Below, in pieces: positions 1-9,556 of a stretch of DNA of 64,000 bases. Position 1 is the first letter of the stretch; every line of letters starts with the position of its first letter. Source of the DNA: Candidatus Spechtbacteria bacterium RIFCSPHIGHO2_02_FULL_43_15b (GTDB taxonomy: Bacteria; Patescibacteriota; Minisyncoccia; Spechtbacterales; HO2-43-30); NCBI GenBank assembly GCA_001819985.1, contig MHOE01000025.1, positions 5,738 to 69,737 of the forward strand, written 5' to 3'. The notes below the pieces were generated by a model, which was not told where the DNA came from, did no database searches, and was given only the letters and a program-made list of their open reading frames with translations. The position numbers were made by a program, and so were the translations under genes.

Positions 1-25
1 GACTTCAAATTCGAAGCGAAAAATG

Positions 26-1000
26 TTAATCCGCTATCATTTTCTTAAACTCTTCGACCATCGGAACCTGCTCTGGTTCGAGACCGTAATTATCCGCCGT
101 GTAGTACGCCGCCCAATCCGCCAAAACTAAAGAGGAAAAAATTTTCTCCATTTTTGAATCACCCTTAAGGTCCAGAGCCGTTACCGCCAAACCTCTGTCC
201 GAATAAAGCTTTTCCGCAATTTCCATTCTCTTTGATATTTTAGTATGGTCGCTTTCGTCTTTCAGAAATATGAAATGAAAATTCCTGGAAAGTTCCTCTG
301 TATTTTTTTTTACATCAAACCCAGTCATCTCATTGTGGTTTAACTCCGGAAAAACATTCGCAAACGCGGGTATCTTGCCCGTCTCATTGAATTTTATTTT
401 CCAGTTAAAAGCTACTGACCGGTTCGTTGCTGATGAATAAATAACGGGTATTTTGCCGCGTAAAAGCTTTGCGAGATTTTTCCCCTCCCCCTCTAAAGAC
501 GCGGGGTCTAACTTATTTGAAAGAAACTTCGATTCATCTAAAAGTTTGTTTTGCCGCATTACTTTAAGCATAGCCCTTATGCTAAATCCGAGCGCTGATC
601 TTGGCTGGATTCCCGTATCCGGCATTCGAACATAAGGTATTGCGTTTATTGACGCGAGTTCGGCCAATTTGCCATTTACGGAAATAGCCGCAACCGCAAA
701 TTTTCTTTCAAGCGCTTCCGCCAAAACGCTTAGCGTCTCTTCAGTATTTCCGGAATATGAACTTAAGATAATCAGAGCGCTGTTTAACATGTTTTCCGGA
801 AATGACGACAAGTCATAATCGCTATGAATAACTATATTTATAGCCGGATTCAATGTTTGTATGATATCCGCCGCCCAATGAGAACCGCCCATTCCGGCAA
901 CTAAAAAAATGTCCTTATTCTTAAGGTTTTCTTTATTTTCAATTTCCGGCTCAAAATCGAATTGCTTGTTAAAATTCAAAACTGCGTTTCGCATGCTCAT
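26..1000 (-). CDS. Bifunctional phosphoglucose/phosphomannose isomerase (SIS domain + C-terminal PGI/PMI domain)
   Basis: Motifs GMGGS, SYSGNTEET, QPR, WKIKFNETGKIPAF and FPELNHNE, typical of the PGI/PMI family. Confidence 0.9.
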   Translation of the reverse strand: MSMRNAVLNFNKQFDFEPEIENKENLKNKDIFLVAGMGGSHWAADIIQTLNPAINIVIHSDYDLSSFPENMLNSALIILSSYSGNTEETLSVLAEALERKFAVAAISVNGKLAELASINAIPYVRMPDTGIQPRSALGFSIRAMLKVMRQNKLLDESKFLSNKLDPASLEGEGKNLAKLLRGKIPVIYSSATNRSVAFNWKIKFNETGKIPAFANVFPELNHNEMTGFDVKKNTEELSRNFHFIFLKDESDHTKISKRMEIAEKLYSDRGLAVTALDLKGDSKMEKIFSSLVLADWAAYYTADNYGLEPEQVPMVEEFKKMIAD

Positions 1001-1017
1001 GGCGTTTGTGTGTTTAA

Positions 1018-1293
1018 CTATAATATTACATCAAATCCATTATATCCCTTAATTTCTCCTTCTTCCACATCCACTCGCTCCACTTTAGCGGATTTAGGGG
1101 GTCTCCTCAACCTTTCGATAAATTCCTCTAAATCAGGTCTTTCTCCCTCTGATTCCATATAAACGGAACCGTCAATTTCGTTTTTTACAAATCCTTTTAC
1201 GCTCAGTTCCTCCGCTTCATTCTTTGCGTATGATCGGAAAAATACTCCCTGAACCTTGCCGTATATCTTGATGTTTAGATGTGTAATAATCAC
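1018..1293 (-). CDS. acyP: Acylphosphatase
   Basis: GKVQGVFFR phosphate-binding loop and GFVKN..DGSV motif; 91 aa. Confidence 0.93.
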   Translation of the reverse strand: MIITHLNIKIYGKVQGVFFRSYAKNEAEELSVKGFVKNEIDGSVYMESEGERPDLEEFIERLRRPPKSAKVERVDVEEGEIKGYNGFDVIL

Positions 1294-3086
1294 TATTTCG
1301 TGTCCCCTGTTTTCTTTATCCCAATTAAATATTTTTCAGGCCAATTTCTGTAATAACTTTTGAACTCTTGGATTTCTTCCTTGCCATCGGAATAGATAAT
1401 CTTGTATAAAGCCGCGGCTACTCCTCCCGGATGCGCGCTGTCTATTTTCTTGGTTTGTCCTTCAGGAAGCGTGTCTGTTTCGATATAAATAGGGTCGCCG
1501 GGCGGAGTGCTTGAAAGAGTTCTAGGACCCTCTATTTCAGATCTCCTTCCGTCGCTTGTCCCGTACAACTCAAATGTCACCCTGTCGCCTTCCACATAGC
1601 CCTGTATTAAAATATGCGAACTCGTATCGTTTTTGAATTTGAAATCGGGATTGGTTGAATAAATGGTAGCATCAAGACCGGGACCTATGTAATTGCCCAT
1701 GCCGTCGTATTCATAGTACGGAACGCGATACGAGTGGTTCCTCCGTTCCGTAACTGGCAAACCCGAATTCAAAACAGCCCTGAATAAAGTAGAGGACACC
1801 TGGCAAAGGCCGCCGCCAAATTCAGGTATTGTCGAGTCGCCCTTTATAACAAGTTCCGGTAAGTACCCCGTAGTGTTATCGATTTCCCCCAATGCTCCGA
1901 CTGTCGAGAATTCCTCGCCGGGAGCAACTAAAAGCCCGCTTAAAAATTTTGTTCCGTTTTGGATATTCCAAATTCTGTTTGCCGGACTTCCCGTGAAAGG
2001 TGTCGTTGCTTTTCCTATTAGTTCAAATATTCCAAGGGACACGGCGGATTCATTCCCGGACGCGCGCTTCACGATAACCGGCAAAAACACATCCCTTACT
2101 ACTTCTTCCGTGTCAATCCGGGCAAGCAATGAGTCCATTATTAACTCCACCGTTTCATCTTGGGCGAGATATTTCCCCTGCCTTGGGGGCGTAAATTCAA
2201 TCGCTTTCCCGTCCTTTATTTCGAGCAACGCGTCTTGAGGCACCGTGTCGATTTTGGATGCCATAGAAACCACATATTCCGATATCAATCTTCTGTCGAG
2301 ACTCGGCACAAGTTCATAATCTATGTAATCTGAAACTATCCATGATCCGATCTTTTCCCTTTCCATGTCGAAACGCATTCCGCCGTACAGCAACGCCAGC
2401 CTTTCGGCCATTATTTTTTCGGCTTTTCTCTTGTATAGGTCTATTTTATCGGCGTTTACAACCGGAGGATCTACTTTCATAACAACCTCCACGGCAGAGG
2501 TGTCAAGAGTATTAAGATGGCTAAGTATCCCATACTCCGCCTTCTCGAAATCCACCATTTTTCCGATTTTTTTGTCTGTAAGTATTTGCACGCGAGTTCC
2601 GTTTATTTTGTATCTTATATCCTTTTTTGCCACATTAAACCTTTCTCCTAATATTTCGAGTTCTGAATCCAATTTATTTTGGTTAATTTTTGCGCTTATT
2701 CCTATTGTTCGCGACGAAAAAGGAGCTTTTATTCTATCCTGCAATTGCCAGTACCACGGGCCGGATCTTCCTATTGAAAATGCCTCTCCAACCAGCTTGC
2801 TTACATCAACCTCAAAATCAATATTTTTGGGATACACTATCCCCGGCTCGCCCTCGATATTTACAGTCAGTCCTTCTTCTTCCAAATTCTCGATCTTCTC
2901 GCCAAGCTTAAATCGCAGTTCTTCGGCTGTCATACCGCTTGCCTTTATTGGCCCCACGACAATATTCGGCAAAATTTTTTTTGAATAAACAAAATTATAC
3001 ACGGAAAAAACCGCGCTCATTATAAGCAAAACTGCCAGTATTCCTTTTATCCACGATATGGGGAAAATCCTAAATCCCAAGAGCAT
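1293..3086 (-). CDS. VanW-family protein with N-terminal membrane anchor and putative peptidoglycan-binding repeats
   Basis: NRIWNI, GGGLCQVSSTLFRAVL, ERRNHS, GLDATIY and DFKFKNDT motifs; hydrophobic N-terminus. Confidence 0.88.
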   Translation of the reverse strand: MLLGFRIFPISWIKGILAVLLIMSAVFSVYNFVYSKKILPNIVVGPIKASGMTAEELRFKLGEKIENLEEEGLTVNIEGEPGIVYPKNIDFEVDVSKLVGEAFSIGRSGPWYWQLQDRIKAPFSSRTIGISAKINQNKLDSELEILGERFNVAKKDIRYKINGTRVQILTDKKIGKMVDFEKAEYGILSHLNTLDTSAVEVVMKVDPPVVNADKIDLYKRKAEKIMAERLALLYGGMRFDMEREKIGSWIVSDYIDYELVPSLDRRLISEYVVSMASKIDTVPQDALLEIKDGKAIEFTPPRQGKYLAQDETVELIMDSLLARIDTEEVVRDVFLPVIVKRASGNESAVSLGIFELIGKATTPFTGSPANRIWNIQNGTKFLSGLLVAPGEEFSTVGALGEIDNTTGYLPELVIKGDSTIPEFGGGLCQVSSTLFRAVLNSGLPVTERRNHSYRVPYYEYDGMGNYIGPGLDATIYSTNPDFKFKNDTSSHILIQGYVEGDRVTFELYGTSDGRRSEIEGPRTLSSTPPGDPIYIETDTLPEGQTKKIDSAHPGGVAAALYKIIYSDGKEEIQEFKSYYRNWPEKYLIGIKKTGDTK

Positions 3087-3774
3087 CGTCTATGATTTGT
3101 TTAACTACTTCGTATGGTTGCGCACCGTTTATTACATATTTGCTTCCGTTTTTGGATATGACAACGCTATATGGAGTTCCGTTTCCGCCGGAAGCGGTGG
3201 CATCATTTAAGTCCTTAGCCACTTCGGCGTCATATTTACCGCTGTCTAAGCACGACTGAAACGATGAAGAACTCAACCCGACAGATTGAGCTATTGAAGA
3301 CAGCTGGCTCAACTCCGGGTTTTGTCCGCTAAAAATTTTATCCGCATAAGCCCAAAAAGCATCGTTTCCTCCAAGTTCCGCGACGCATTCAGCGCCCTGC
3401 GCCTGCTTTCTTGCCTTGGGATGTATTGAATCCAAAGGAAAATGACGATACACCCAAGCAACTCTGCCATTATAGTCATCTATAACCCGCACCATAGTGG
3501 AATGAAAACTCTGGCAAAATGGGCACTGAAAATCTGAAAATTCAACAACCACGACCTCGGCTTCCAAACTGCCTCTGATATGATCGTCCGCAGATACCGG
3601 CTTTATATTATCCATCGCGTCCGTATTCTCGATGTTGTCCGCGCTATTATCAACATTACCGCCGGTAGCGCTGTTAGCATTCTTTTTCGAATCCATTGAG
3701 TTCGAAAAAATAATCGCCCCCGATACTAAAAAACCCGCTACTACAATTGCCAATGGTATTGATAGATTTTTCAT
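3070..3774 (-). CDS. DsbA-family thiol:disulfide oxidoreductase, membrane anchored
   Basis: EFSDFQCPFC (CxxC), YRHFPL, cis-Pro GTP motif, GAQPY; N-terminal TM helix. Confidence 0.92.
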   Translation of the reverse strand: MKNLSIPLAIVVAGFLVSGAIIFSNSMDSKKNANSATGGNVDNSADNIENTDAMDNIKPVSADDHIRGSLEAEVVVVEFSDFQCPFCQSFHSTMVRVIDDYNGRVAWVYRHFPLDSIHPKARKQAQGAECVAELGGNDAFWAYADKIFSGQNPELSQLSSIAQSVGLSSSSFQSCLDSGKYDAEVAKDLNDATASGGNGTPYSVVISKNGSKYVINGAQPYEVVKQIIDDALGI

Positions 3775-3790
3775 AAATTTATAAACTCCC

Positions 3791-3823
3791 GATTTTCAAG
3801 CTACCAATGATAGCTTGAAAATC
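3791..3823. promoter_or_regulatory. Perfect 13-bp inverted repeat just upstream of the DsbA-family start (operator or RNA hairpin)
   Basis: GATTTTCAAGCTA-ccaatga-TAGCTTGAAAATC read directly from the sequence. Confidence 0.5.
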
Positions 3824-3906
3824 CAAGAATTCTTTTCGTTATACCCCAGTAAACCAACTCGGGCAAGCTTATACTGCGCCTCGCAAAAAATTGTTGCCAT
3901 ACCGAA

Positions 3907-4833
3907 TTAACGCTTATCTCCAATTATTAAATAATTATAGATGTCCAGTGCCGCTTTTACGCCATCGCCAGCCGATATATTGTTCTGTTTGAAAGGGTCG
4001 TCTGTCACATCGCCGCCTGCCCATATACCAAGTCGTGATGTTCGTGAATTTTTGTGATCTACAATTATCTCCCCGTATTTATCTGTCTCGATTAGACCCT
4101 TTACCATTTCCGAATTGGGTATTGACCCTATTTCTATAAAAACGCCTTCGACATCGAGCTTTTTTCCCTCGCCGCTAGCCCTATCTTTGTATTTTAACTC
4201 GCGCACGAACTTATCTCCCGCAATTTCTAATGTTTCCGCGTTAAAAATAATCTCAACCTTGCCGGACTCCCTAACCTTATCCTGGGTGGCAGGATCTCCT
4301 TTTAACTTATCCGAATATTCCAGTAATTTTATTGTCTTTGCGTACGGCACTAAATCCATAGCCGCTTCGAGTCCCGCGTTACCGCCGCCGACAACTGCCA
4401 CGGCCTTATCCTTAAAAACGGGCGCATCGCAAGTCGAGCAATACGCCACTCCCTTTCCGTCGTACTCTTTTTCCCCGAGAACGCCAAGTTTTCTTCGGCT
4501 CGCTCCGGACCCCACAAAAACCGTCTTTGATTCATAATCAGTTCCGCTCTCCGTGGAAACTGTAAATCCGTTGTTCTTGCCATCAACCTTCAAAACTTTA
4601 TCGCCTGTTATTATCTCAATACCATTTTGCGCTCTTACATGCTCCTCAAGTGTTTTTGCGAATTCAAAACCCGGGATATTTTTAGTGCCTATCCAATTCT
4701 CTATACCGGCAGACACCGTGGACTGCCCTCCCCATTCATCCGTTATCAAAACCGCCTTTAGTTTTTTCCGCGCGGCATAAACCGCGCAAGCCGCCGAAGC
4801 AGGCCCTCCGCCTATTATAACCAAATCGTACAT
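3907..4833 (-). CDS. trxB: Thioredoxin reductase (AhpF C-terminal-like)
   Basis: FAD motif IIGGGPA, redox CSTCD, NAD(P)H motif VVGGGNAG, and GIWAGGDVT. Confidence 0.88.
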   Translation of the reverse strand: MYDLVIIGGGPASAACAVYAARKKLKAVLITDEWGGQSTVSAGIENWIGTKNIPGFEFAKTLEEHVRAQNGIEIITGDKVLKVDGKNNGFTVSTESGTDYESKTVFVGSGASRRKLGVLGEKEYDGKGVAYCSTCDAPVFKDKAVAVVGGGNAGLEAAMDLVPYAKTIKLLEYSDKLKGDPATQDKVRESGKVEIIFNAETLEIAGDKFVRELKYKDRASGEGKKLDVEGVFIEIGSIPNSEMVKGLIETDKYGEIIVDHKNSRTSRLGIWAGGDVTDDPFKQNNISAGDGVKAALDIYNYLIIGDKR

Positions 4834-4839
4834 GATTGC

Positions 4840-4924
4840 AGGGTTTTAGGAGTTAAGGATTGGGAGTTTGGGTCGCAACGACTCTAACTCAAATCAAAAC
4901 CTTCAAACCTAATACCTAACCTAC
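4840..4924. repeat. Degenerate heptamer inverted-repeat element (TAGGTTT-type arm / AAACCTA-type arm)
   Basis: GGGTTTTAGGAGTTAAGG...GTCG-caa-CGAC...CAAAACCTTCAAACCTAATACCTAACCTA; overlaps the rsmI TAG stop. Confidence 0.65.
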
Positions 4925-5596
4925 TATTACCACGAATTCCCCTTTTATCTTATCATTTTCCAGCTTTTTAAGCACTTCCGCAATAGCTCCTCGATATACG
5001 GTTTCAAACTTTTTTGTCAATTCACGGCAAACTATAACTTGACATGGAGCTTCGCCCGAATTGCCGATTATTTCTTTCAACTCGTTAAGAGATTTCATTA
5101 TTCTATGCGAGGATTCGTAGAAAATCACGGGATATTTTGATCTTATAACTTCTTCAAAAAATTTCTTCCGCTTCTTTTTTACCGGCGGGAAACCCATAAA
5201 TACGAATTTGTCTATGCTAATCCCTGAAATGCTTGCCGCGGCCGCGAGCGCAGAAGGACCGGGTATTGAAATTATTTTCGCGCCATCGATGCTTTTCAAC
5301 GCCTCCGCGACCAATTGACCTCCCGGGTCGGATATTCCCGGAGTTCCCGCGTCTGTAACGAGCGCGAGATTTTTCCCTTGGCTTAATAAATCTAAAATGT
5401 ATTTAACTTTATTACCGTCTGAATGCTGGTGATACGAAATTGTCGGGGTACCTATCTCGTAACGCGCCAAAAGCTTACTTGTAACTCTCGTATCTTCGCA
5501 CAAAACAAAATCCGCCTCCTTTAATATTCGGACGGCGCGATATGTTATGTCCTCAAGATTTCCTATTGGAGTCGCGACTATGTAAAGATTTGGCAT
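4916..5596 (-). CDS. rsmI: 16S rRNA (cytidine1402-2'-O)-methyltransferase
   Basis: LYIVATPIGNLEDIT, CEDTR, DAGTPGISDPG, YES.HR, RELTKKFE, KGEFVV; start placed at ATG 5596. Confidence 0.95.
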   Translation of the reverse strand: MPNLYIVATPIGNLEDITYRAVRILKEADFVLCEDTRVTSKLLARYEIGTPTISYHQHSDGNKVKYILDLLSQGKNLALVTDAGTPGISDPGGQLVAEALKSIDGAKIISIPGPSALAAAASISGISIDKFVFMGFPPVKKKRKKFFEEVIRSKYPVIFYESSHRIMKSLNELKEIIGNSGEAPCQVIVCRELTKKFETVYRGAIAEVLKKLENDKIKGEFVVIVG

Positions 5597-5668
5597 ATTA
5601 AAAGTGTCCCCATTATTTGCTTTGTCTTTCAAATTGTCATTTATTAACACATCAATTCTCCCTAACTT

Positions 5669-6118
5669 TTATAAAAACGCCTGCAAAAACAAACCTAGTA
5701 TGCTACCAAAAACTATGTGCATCCCTAAAGCTATGAGCCATTGAAATCTACCGATCTTGATTCCAAAAATTCCACCTTTTGCGAGCGGCATAAGAACTAC
5801 CATAAAAAATACCCACGGTAAAATTGAAAATAATATACCCTCAAGCAAACCGAAATTTGAAAAGAAAATCCCGTTTTCGACTAATTTGCCGAAAATAAAT
5901 CCCCATAAAGCTCCTGTTCCAAGATGAAGGGCTCTACCCATCACTCTTGCGATTTTTTTCGGCTCGGGCTTCCCCCAGTCAATAATTCTCCCAAGTAAAA
6001 GAGGAATATCGGGAAAATCTTTTATGTATTTTTCCGCGAACCAACGGCAAACGCTTATACCATACGCGCCTATTGCGCCTGCTATTAAATAACCTGCGAA
6101 ATCAGGAAGCCCAAACAT
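5669..6118 (-). CDS. Hypothetical integral membrane protein (about 4 TM)
   Basis: 149 aa hydrophobic ORF with His residues inside TM segments (LHLGTG, MHIVFG). Confidence 0.7.
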   Translation of the reverse strand: MFGLPDFAGYLIAGAIGAYGISVCRWFAEKYIKDFPDIPLLLGRIIDWGKPEPKKIARVMGRALHLGTGALWGFIFGKLVENGIFFSNFGLLEGILFSILPWVFFMVVLMPLAKGGIFGIKIGRFQWLIALGMHIVFGSILGLFLQAFL

Positions 6119-6165
6119 AATTTTGTGTTAGGTCTTAGGAATTATGGAGTAATCTATCATTACTC

Positions 6166-8109
6166 CTAATCACTAAACCTAACTTCTTCTCCTTCTTTCA
6201 TTGTACCGGATACTCCGGAATCTTTACTTGCATCTTTTTGCTTTTCTGAAGATTTATCTGAAGAATCTTCGAAATTCTTAATATTCCCGTCTATTATATC
6301 CTTCAAGCTCTCGCGCAAATCCTCCAAATTAACTTCCTTTCTAGCTTTACGCGAAACACGAAGTTTTGCCGCACCGGATACATTTTTGTCCGGATCCTCA
6401 TTTGCCGGCAAATCGCTTGCGGTATTTTGATCTCCGGCAGAAGCTAATCTAATTTCCGTATCCGGAAAAATATTTGAGCGGAAATTTTTTACCGCGTCTT
6501 TAAGCGATATGCGGCTTTCTCCTTCGCTCGCGCTTTCAACTACATCTTCGTGGTTTAAGGATTCCGAATCATCTTCTTTGCCCGCGGAAACCGCGGGACT
6601 TATTCTGAAATCCTTGTTCCCGGAATTACCCAAAGCCGACTCCGAAATTTTTCCCGAATTTGCCGCGATAGCGCGTTCTCTCATTTTCTTTGCGAGGCAA
6701 TCCTTGCAATAAACAGGCCTCACTCCATCGGGTTCAAATGTAACTTTTGTTTTTTTGCCGCATTGTGAACATACCGTATCGAAAAGTTTTATTTCCCCTC
6801 TACTCGCCTCTGATTTCCCAGAATCGCTGTTTTCTCCGATAACACCGCTCCATCTTGATATCTTCTCCTCTATATCCTCCCGGCTTCTTCCGTATCTTTC
6901 GCTTGATATTCTTATTATTTTCTCACGATTTGATTCTTCAAGCAGAGGCAGGGGTTTCAAAGTCATCGCTGAAAACGCATGGGAAGTTATACCGTCTATC
7001 ATAAGTTTTACCGCTATATTGAATTTAGGCAAATTAACCAGATCTTCCGGCGTGAAACTTGGCATAAACTCGCTTTCCACAAATTCCGCATCAGTAGCTC
7101 CTATCCTAAATGTAACTAGGGTTCCGGCATTGCCGAAAACAGCATCCCGGACAATTTCGTCCATTTGCGTTATGTATTGATGAGCCAGTATTAAAGACAA
7201 ACGGTATTTTCGGGCCTCAGACAATATTCCCGCAAATGAAGGAGTCGCGAAAGTCTGGAACTCATCCACATAAAGAAAAAAGTCGTTCCTGTCCTGCTCG
7301 GGCGTATCTACTCTCGACATAGCCGCGATCTGAAGCTTTGTTATAAGCATTGTTCCTAAAAGAGCCGTATTGTCTTCGCCTATTTTACCTTTGGAAAGAT
7401 TTATTATCAAAATTTTTTTCTGATCCATTACATCCCGAAGATTGAAGGTGGATTTTGTTTGCCCGATTATATTTCGTATAAGCGGATTCGATATGAATTG
7501 TCCGATTTTATTTTGGATGGCTCCAGTTGATTCCTCCCTGTAGCGTTCCGGATATTTTGCGAATTCGTTTATCCAGTAGGATTTTACCGCGGGATCTTTT
7601 ACATTATCCACGACTTTCTTTCGAAAATCTTTATCGGCAAGCATTCTATTTGCCCCCATTATCGTAGAGTTCGGATATTCAAGAAGCGCAAGCAGAGCAT
7701 TATTGAGTATGTACTCCATCCGCGCAGACCACACATCAACCCATATTTTCTTGAATGCCGCCATTAATCCCGACGCTATAAAATGTCTCTGCTCAATTCC
7801 AACGGATTCCATTATGTTGAATCCGATAGGTTTGTCTATTTCCGCAGGATTAAAATAAATGACATCGTTAACTCGGCTCTTTGGAACATAATCCAAAAGT
7901 GCCTCCGCGAATTCTCCGTGGGGATCTATCAGTCCGATGCCTTTACCGCACTGGATGTCCTGAACCGCCATATTTTGGAGCATCTGGCTCTTACCCATAC
8001 CGGTTTTTCCGATAACATACATATGGCGCCTTCGATCGTCCAGTTTTATTCCAAATTTTTTTCTTTGCCCTCTTGCCGTTGTTTCGGCAAAAAAATTAAT
8101 ATCGTCCAT
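6166..8109 (-). CDS. VirD4/TraD/TrwB-like P-loop ATPase with CxxC-x17-CxxC zinc ribbon and acidic tail
   Basis: RRHMYVIGKTGMGKS (Walker A), IDPHGE, LYVDEFQ (Walker B), SEARKY, CSQC...VYCKDC. Confidence 0.88.
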   Translation of the reverse strand: MDDINFFAETTARGQRKKFGIKLDDRRRHMYVIGKTGMGKSQMLQNMAVQDIQCGKGIGLIDPHGEFAEALLDYVPKSRVNDVIYFNPAEIDKPIGFNIMESVGIEQRHFIASGLMAAFKKIWVDVWSARMEYILNNALLALLEYPNSTIMGANRMLADKDFRKKVVDNVKDPAVKSYWINEFAKYPERYREESTGAIQNKIGQFISNPLIRNIIGQTKSTFNLRDVMDQKKILIINLSKGKIGEDNTALLGTMLITKLQIAAMSRVDTPEQDRNDFFLYVDEFQTFATPSFAGILSEARKYRLSLILAHQYITQMDEIVRDAVFGNAGTLVTFRIGATDAEFVESEFMPSFTPEDLVNLPKFNIAVKLMIDGITSHAFSAMTLKPLPLLEESNREKIIRISSERYGRSREDIEEKISRWSGVIGENSDSGKSEASRGEIKLFDTVCSQCGKKTKVTFEPDGVRPVYCKDCLAKKMRERAIAANSGKISESALGNSGNKDFRISPAVSAGKEDDSESLNHEDVVESASEGESRISLKDAVKNFRSNIFPDTEIRLASAGDQNTASDLPANEDPDKNVSGAAKLRVSRKARKEVNLEDLRESLKDIIDGNIKNFEDSSDKSSEKQKDASKDSGVSGTMKEGEEVRFSD

Positions 8110-8205
8110 ATAAAATTGAAAAATAAAGTTTCAAGCGAAAAAATAAAATGCTTAACCCGACTTTTGTCTGTAGGGATTTCAAATCCAGCCCCTCTATGCG
8201 CATTT

Positions 8206-9486
8206 TTATTCTATGGGCAGACCCGGAGGAGGAGAAGGCCTTTTTGACAGAACTCTTGTCATTTGAGGCGCTTTTACTGTTTGTCCGGGGAAATGAAACA
8301 GCGAAGCAAGCTCTTCAACATTAAGTAAAAACGGAGTGCTTATATTCCCGGGTAATGTGGACCTATATTTATACCAGTTGAAAAGCCGCATTTTTCTGAA
8401 ATATCCCCTCGTATTCTTAAAAGCAAAAAATGACTTCTTCGGCAATGTTTTGGAATTAGGAACTAAGCTATTGAGATTAAAAGTGTTAAAATGCCGAAAG
8501 AATCCGAAAAGTGCCGGAATATTCGCCTTATTGAAAACATCGGATCTCCCTATATACAAAAACCGCATCATTGTTTCGTACGCAAGTTTTGATGTCTTTT
8601 CCTCCACGGCTTTCACAACATCGCGCTCGCCCGGAGAAAGCATAAATTCTGGCGGAAACATTCGTTCCTGTTTTTCTTCGGTTTGACCCTGCGGCATTCC
8701 CAGCATTAAGCTAAGAAAACTGCCGAGTTCCCCTTGCATACTCTTCATTCCGCCCCCAACCATTCCTGGAGATTTTTTCATATCCCTTTTCATCAATCGC
8801 GTAATCACTTCATCCCCCTCTTTTTTCAGCTGATTCATATCCGTAGCCGGCTGTATTATTGTCTGTATCCACATATGCTCGCCACGACCCAATCCGTTCA
8901 TTACTTCCGCTATCTGCGCTATCGGATCGAGCCGGCGTTCTTCTTCTATCTCCTCGAACTCCATATATCTTCGTATGGGAAATGGGTTCTCTTTCATTAA
9001 TTTGAGGTCCGTACCCCAAAGATCCCAATATTTATTTGGTATATTCATGGGAAGCTTTTCGGTGTAGTCCTCGACTTCTTCTATTTCCGCATCCGGATAC
9101 TGCGCGTACACATTTTCTTTCACGAATTCCTTTAATTTTGTCTGCGTATAAATATAGAAATGCACCGCGCCTTCCGTCCCTACGATTTCGAGACTAAACC
9201 ACGGAAGAACTTCTCCTTTGACCCATATATCCCTAAAATTAAGTTCGTCCCATACGCCGTGCATACCCGCCAAAACATACTCCATTGCTTTTGGCGTCTT
9301 AAAAACCTCCTGTGGTAAACGCACTTCAAGTAAAGAGCACTTCAATTTGTCTATGTAGAGTTTCTGCTTCCAATAAAGATACGATTTTTTTGCGACTGAA
9401 AAGAGTATCAGCGGAGTTATTATCCACCAGCTAGCTTTTACGATAAGAAATGGAATAGAAAAGAAATCCAAGCTATGACGATACAA
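8206..9486 (-). CDS. Conserved membrane-anchored hypothetical protein upstream of the VirD4-like ATPase
   Basis: N-terminal TM; LLEVRLP..PKAME, FSLEI, YAQYP..EIEEVEDY, FLLNVEELASLFHFP motifs, recalled from CPR proteins that neighbour or fuse to these ATPases. Confidence 0.7.
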   Translation of the reverse strand: MYRHSLDFFSIPFLIVKASWWIITPLILFSVAKKSYLYWKQKLYIDKLKCSLLEVRLPQEVFKTPKAMEYVLAGMHGVWDELNFRDIWVKGEVLPWFSLEIVGTEGAVHFYIYTQTKLKEFVKENVYAQYPDAEIEEVEDYTEKLPMNIPNKYWDLWGTDLKLMKENPFPIRRYMEFEEIEEERRLDPIAQIAEVMNGLGRGEHMWIQTIIQPATDMNQLKKEGDEVITRLMKRDMKKSPGMVGGGMKSMQGELGSFLSLMLGMPQGQTEEKQERMFPPEFMLSPGERDVVKAVEEKTSKLAYETMMRFLYIGRSDVFNKANIPALFGFFRHFNTFNLNSLVPNSKTLPKKSFFAFKNTRGYFRKMRLFNWYKYRSTLPGNISTPFLLNVEELASLFHFPGQTVKAPQMTRVLSKRPSPPPGLPIE

Positions 9487-9556
9487 TGACTATAACCACG
9501 GCTAAAAAATCCTAGAATGCCGAACAATCAGCCATTATCATTGTCATTGTTAAAAT

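Noticed and set aside
1293-3086. VanW as a vancomycin resistance determinant
   Set aside because: No vanHAX/vanRS nearby; VanW-domain proteins are common cell-envelope proteins
6166-8109. Conjugative element or ICE
   Set aside because: No relaxase, integrase, att sites or other tra/vir genes; flanked by housekeeping genes
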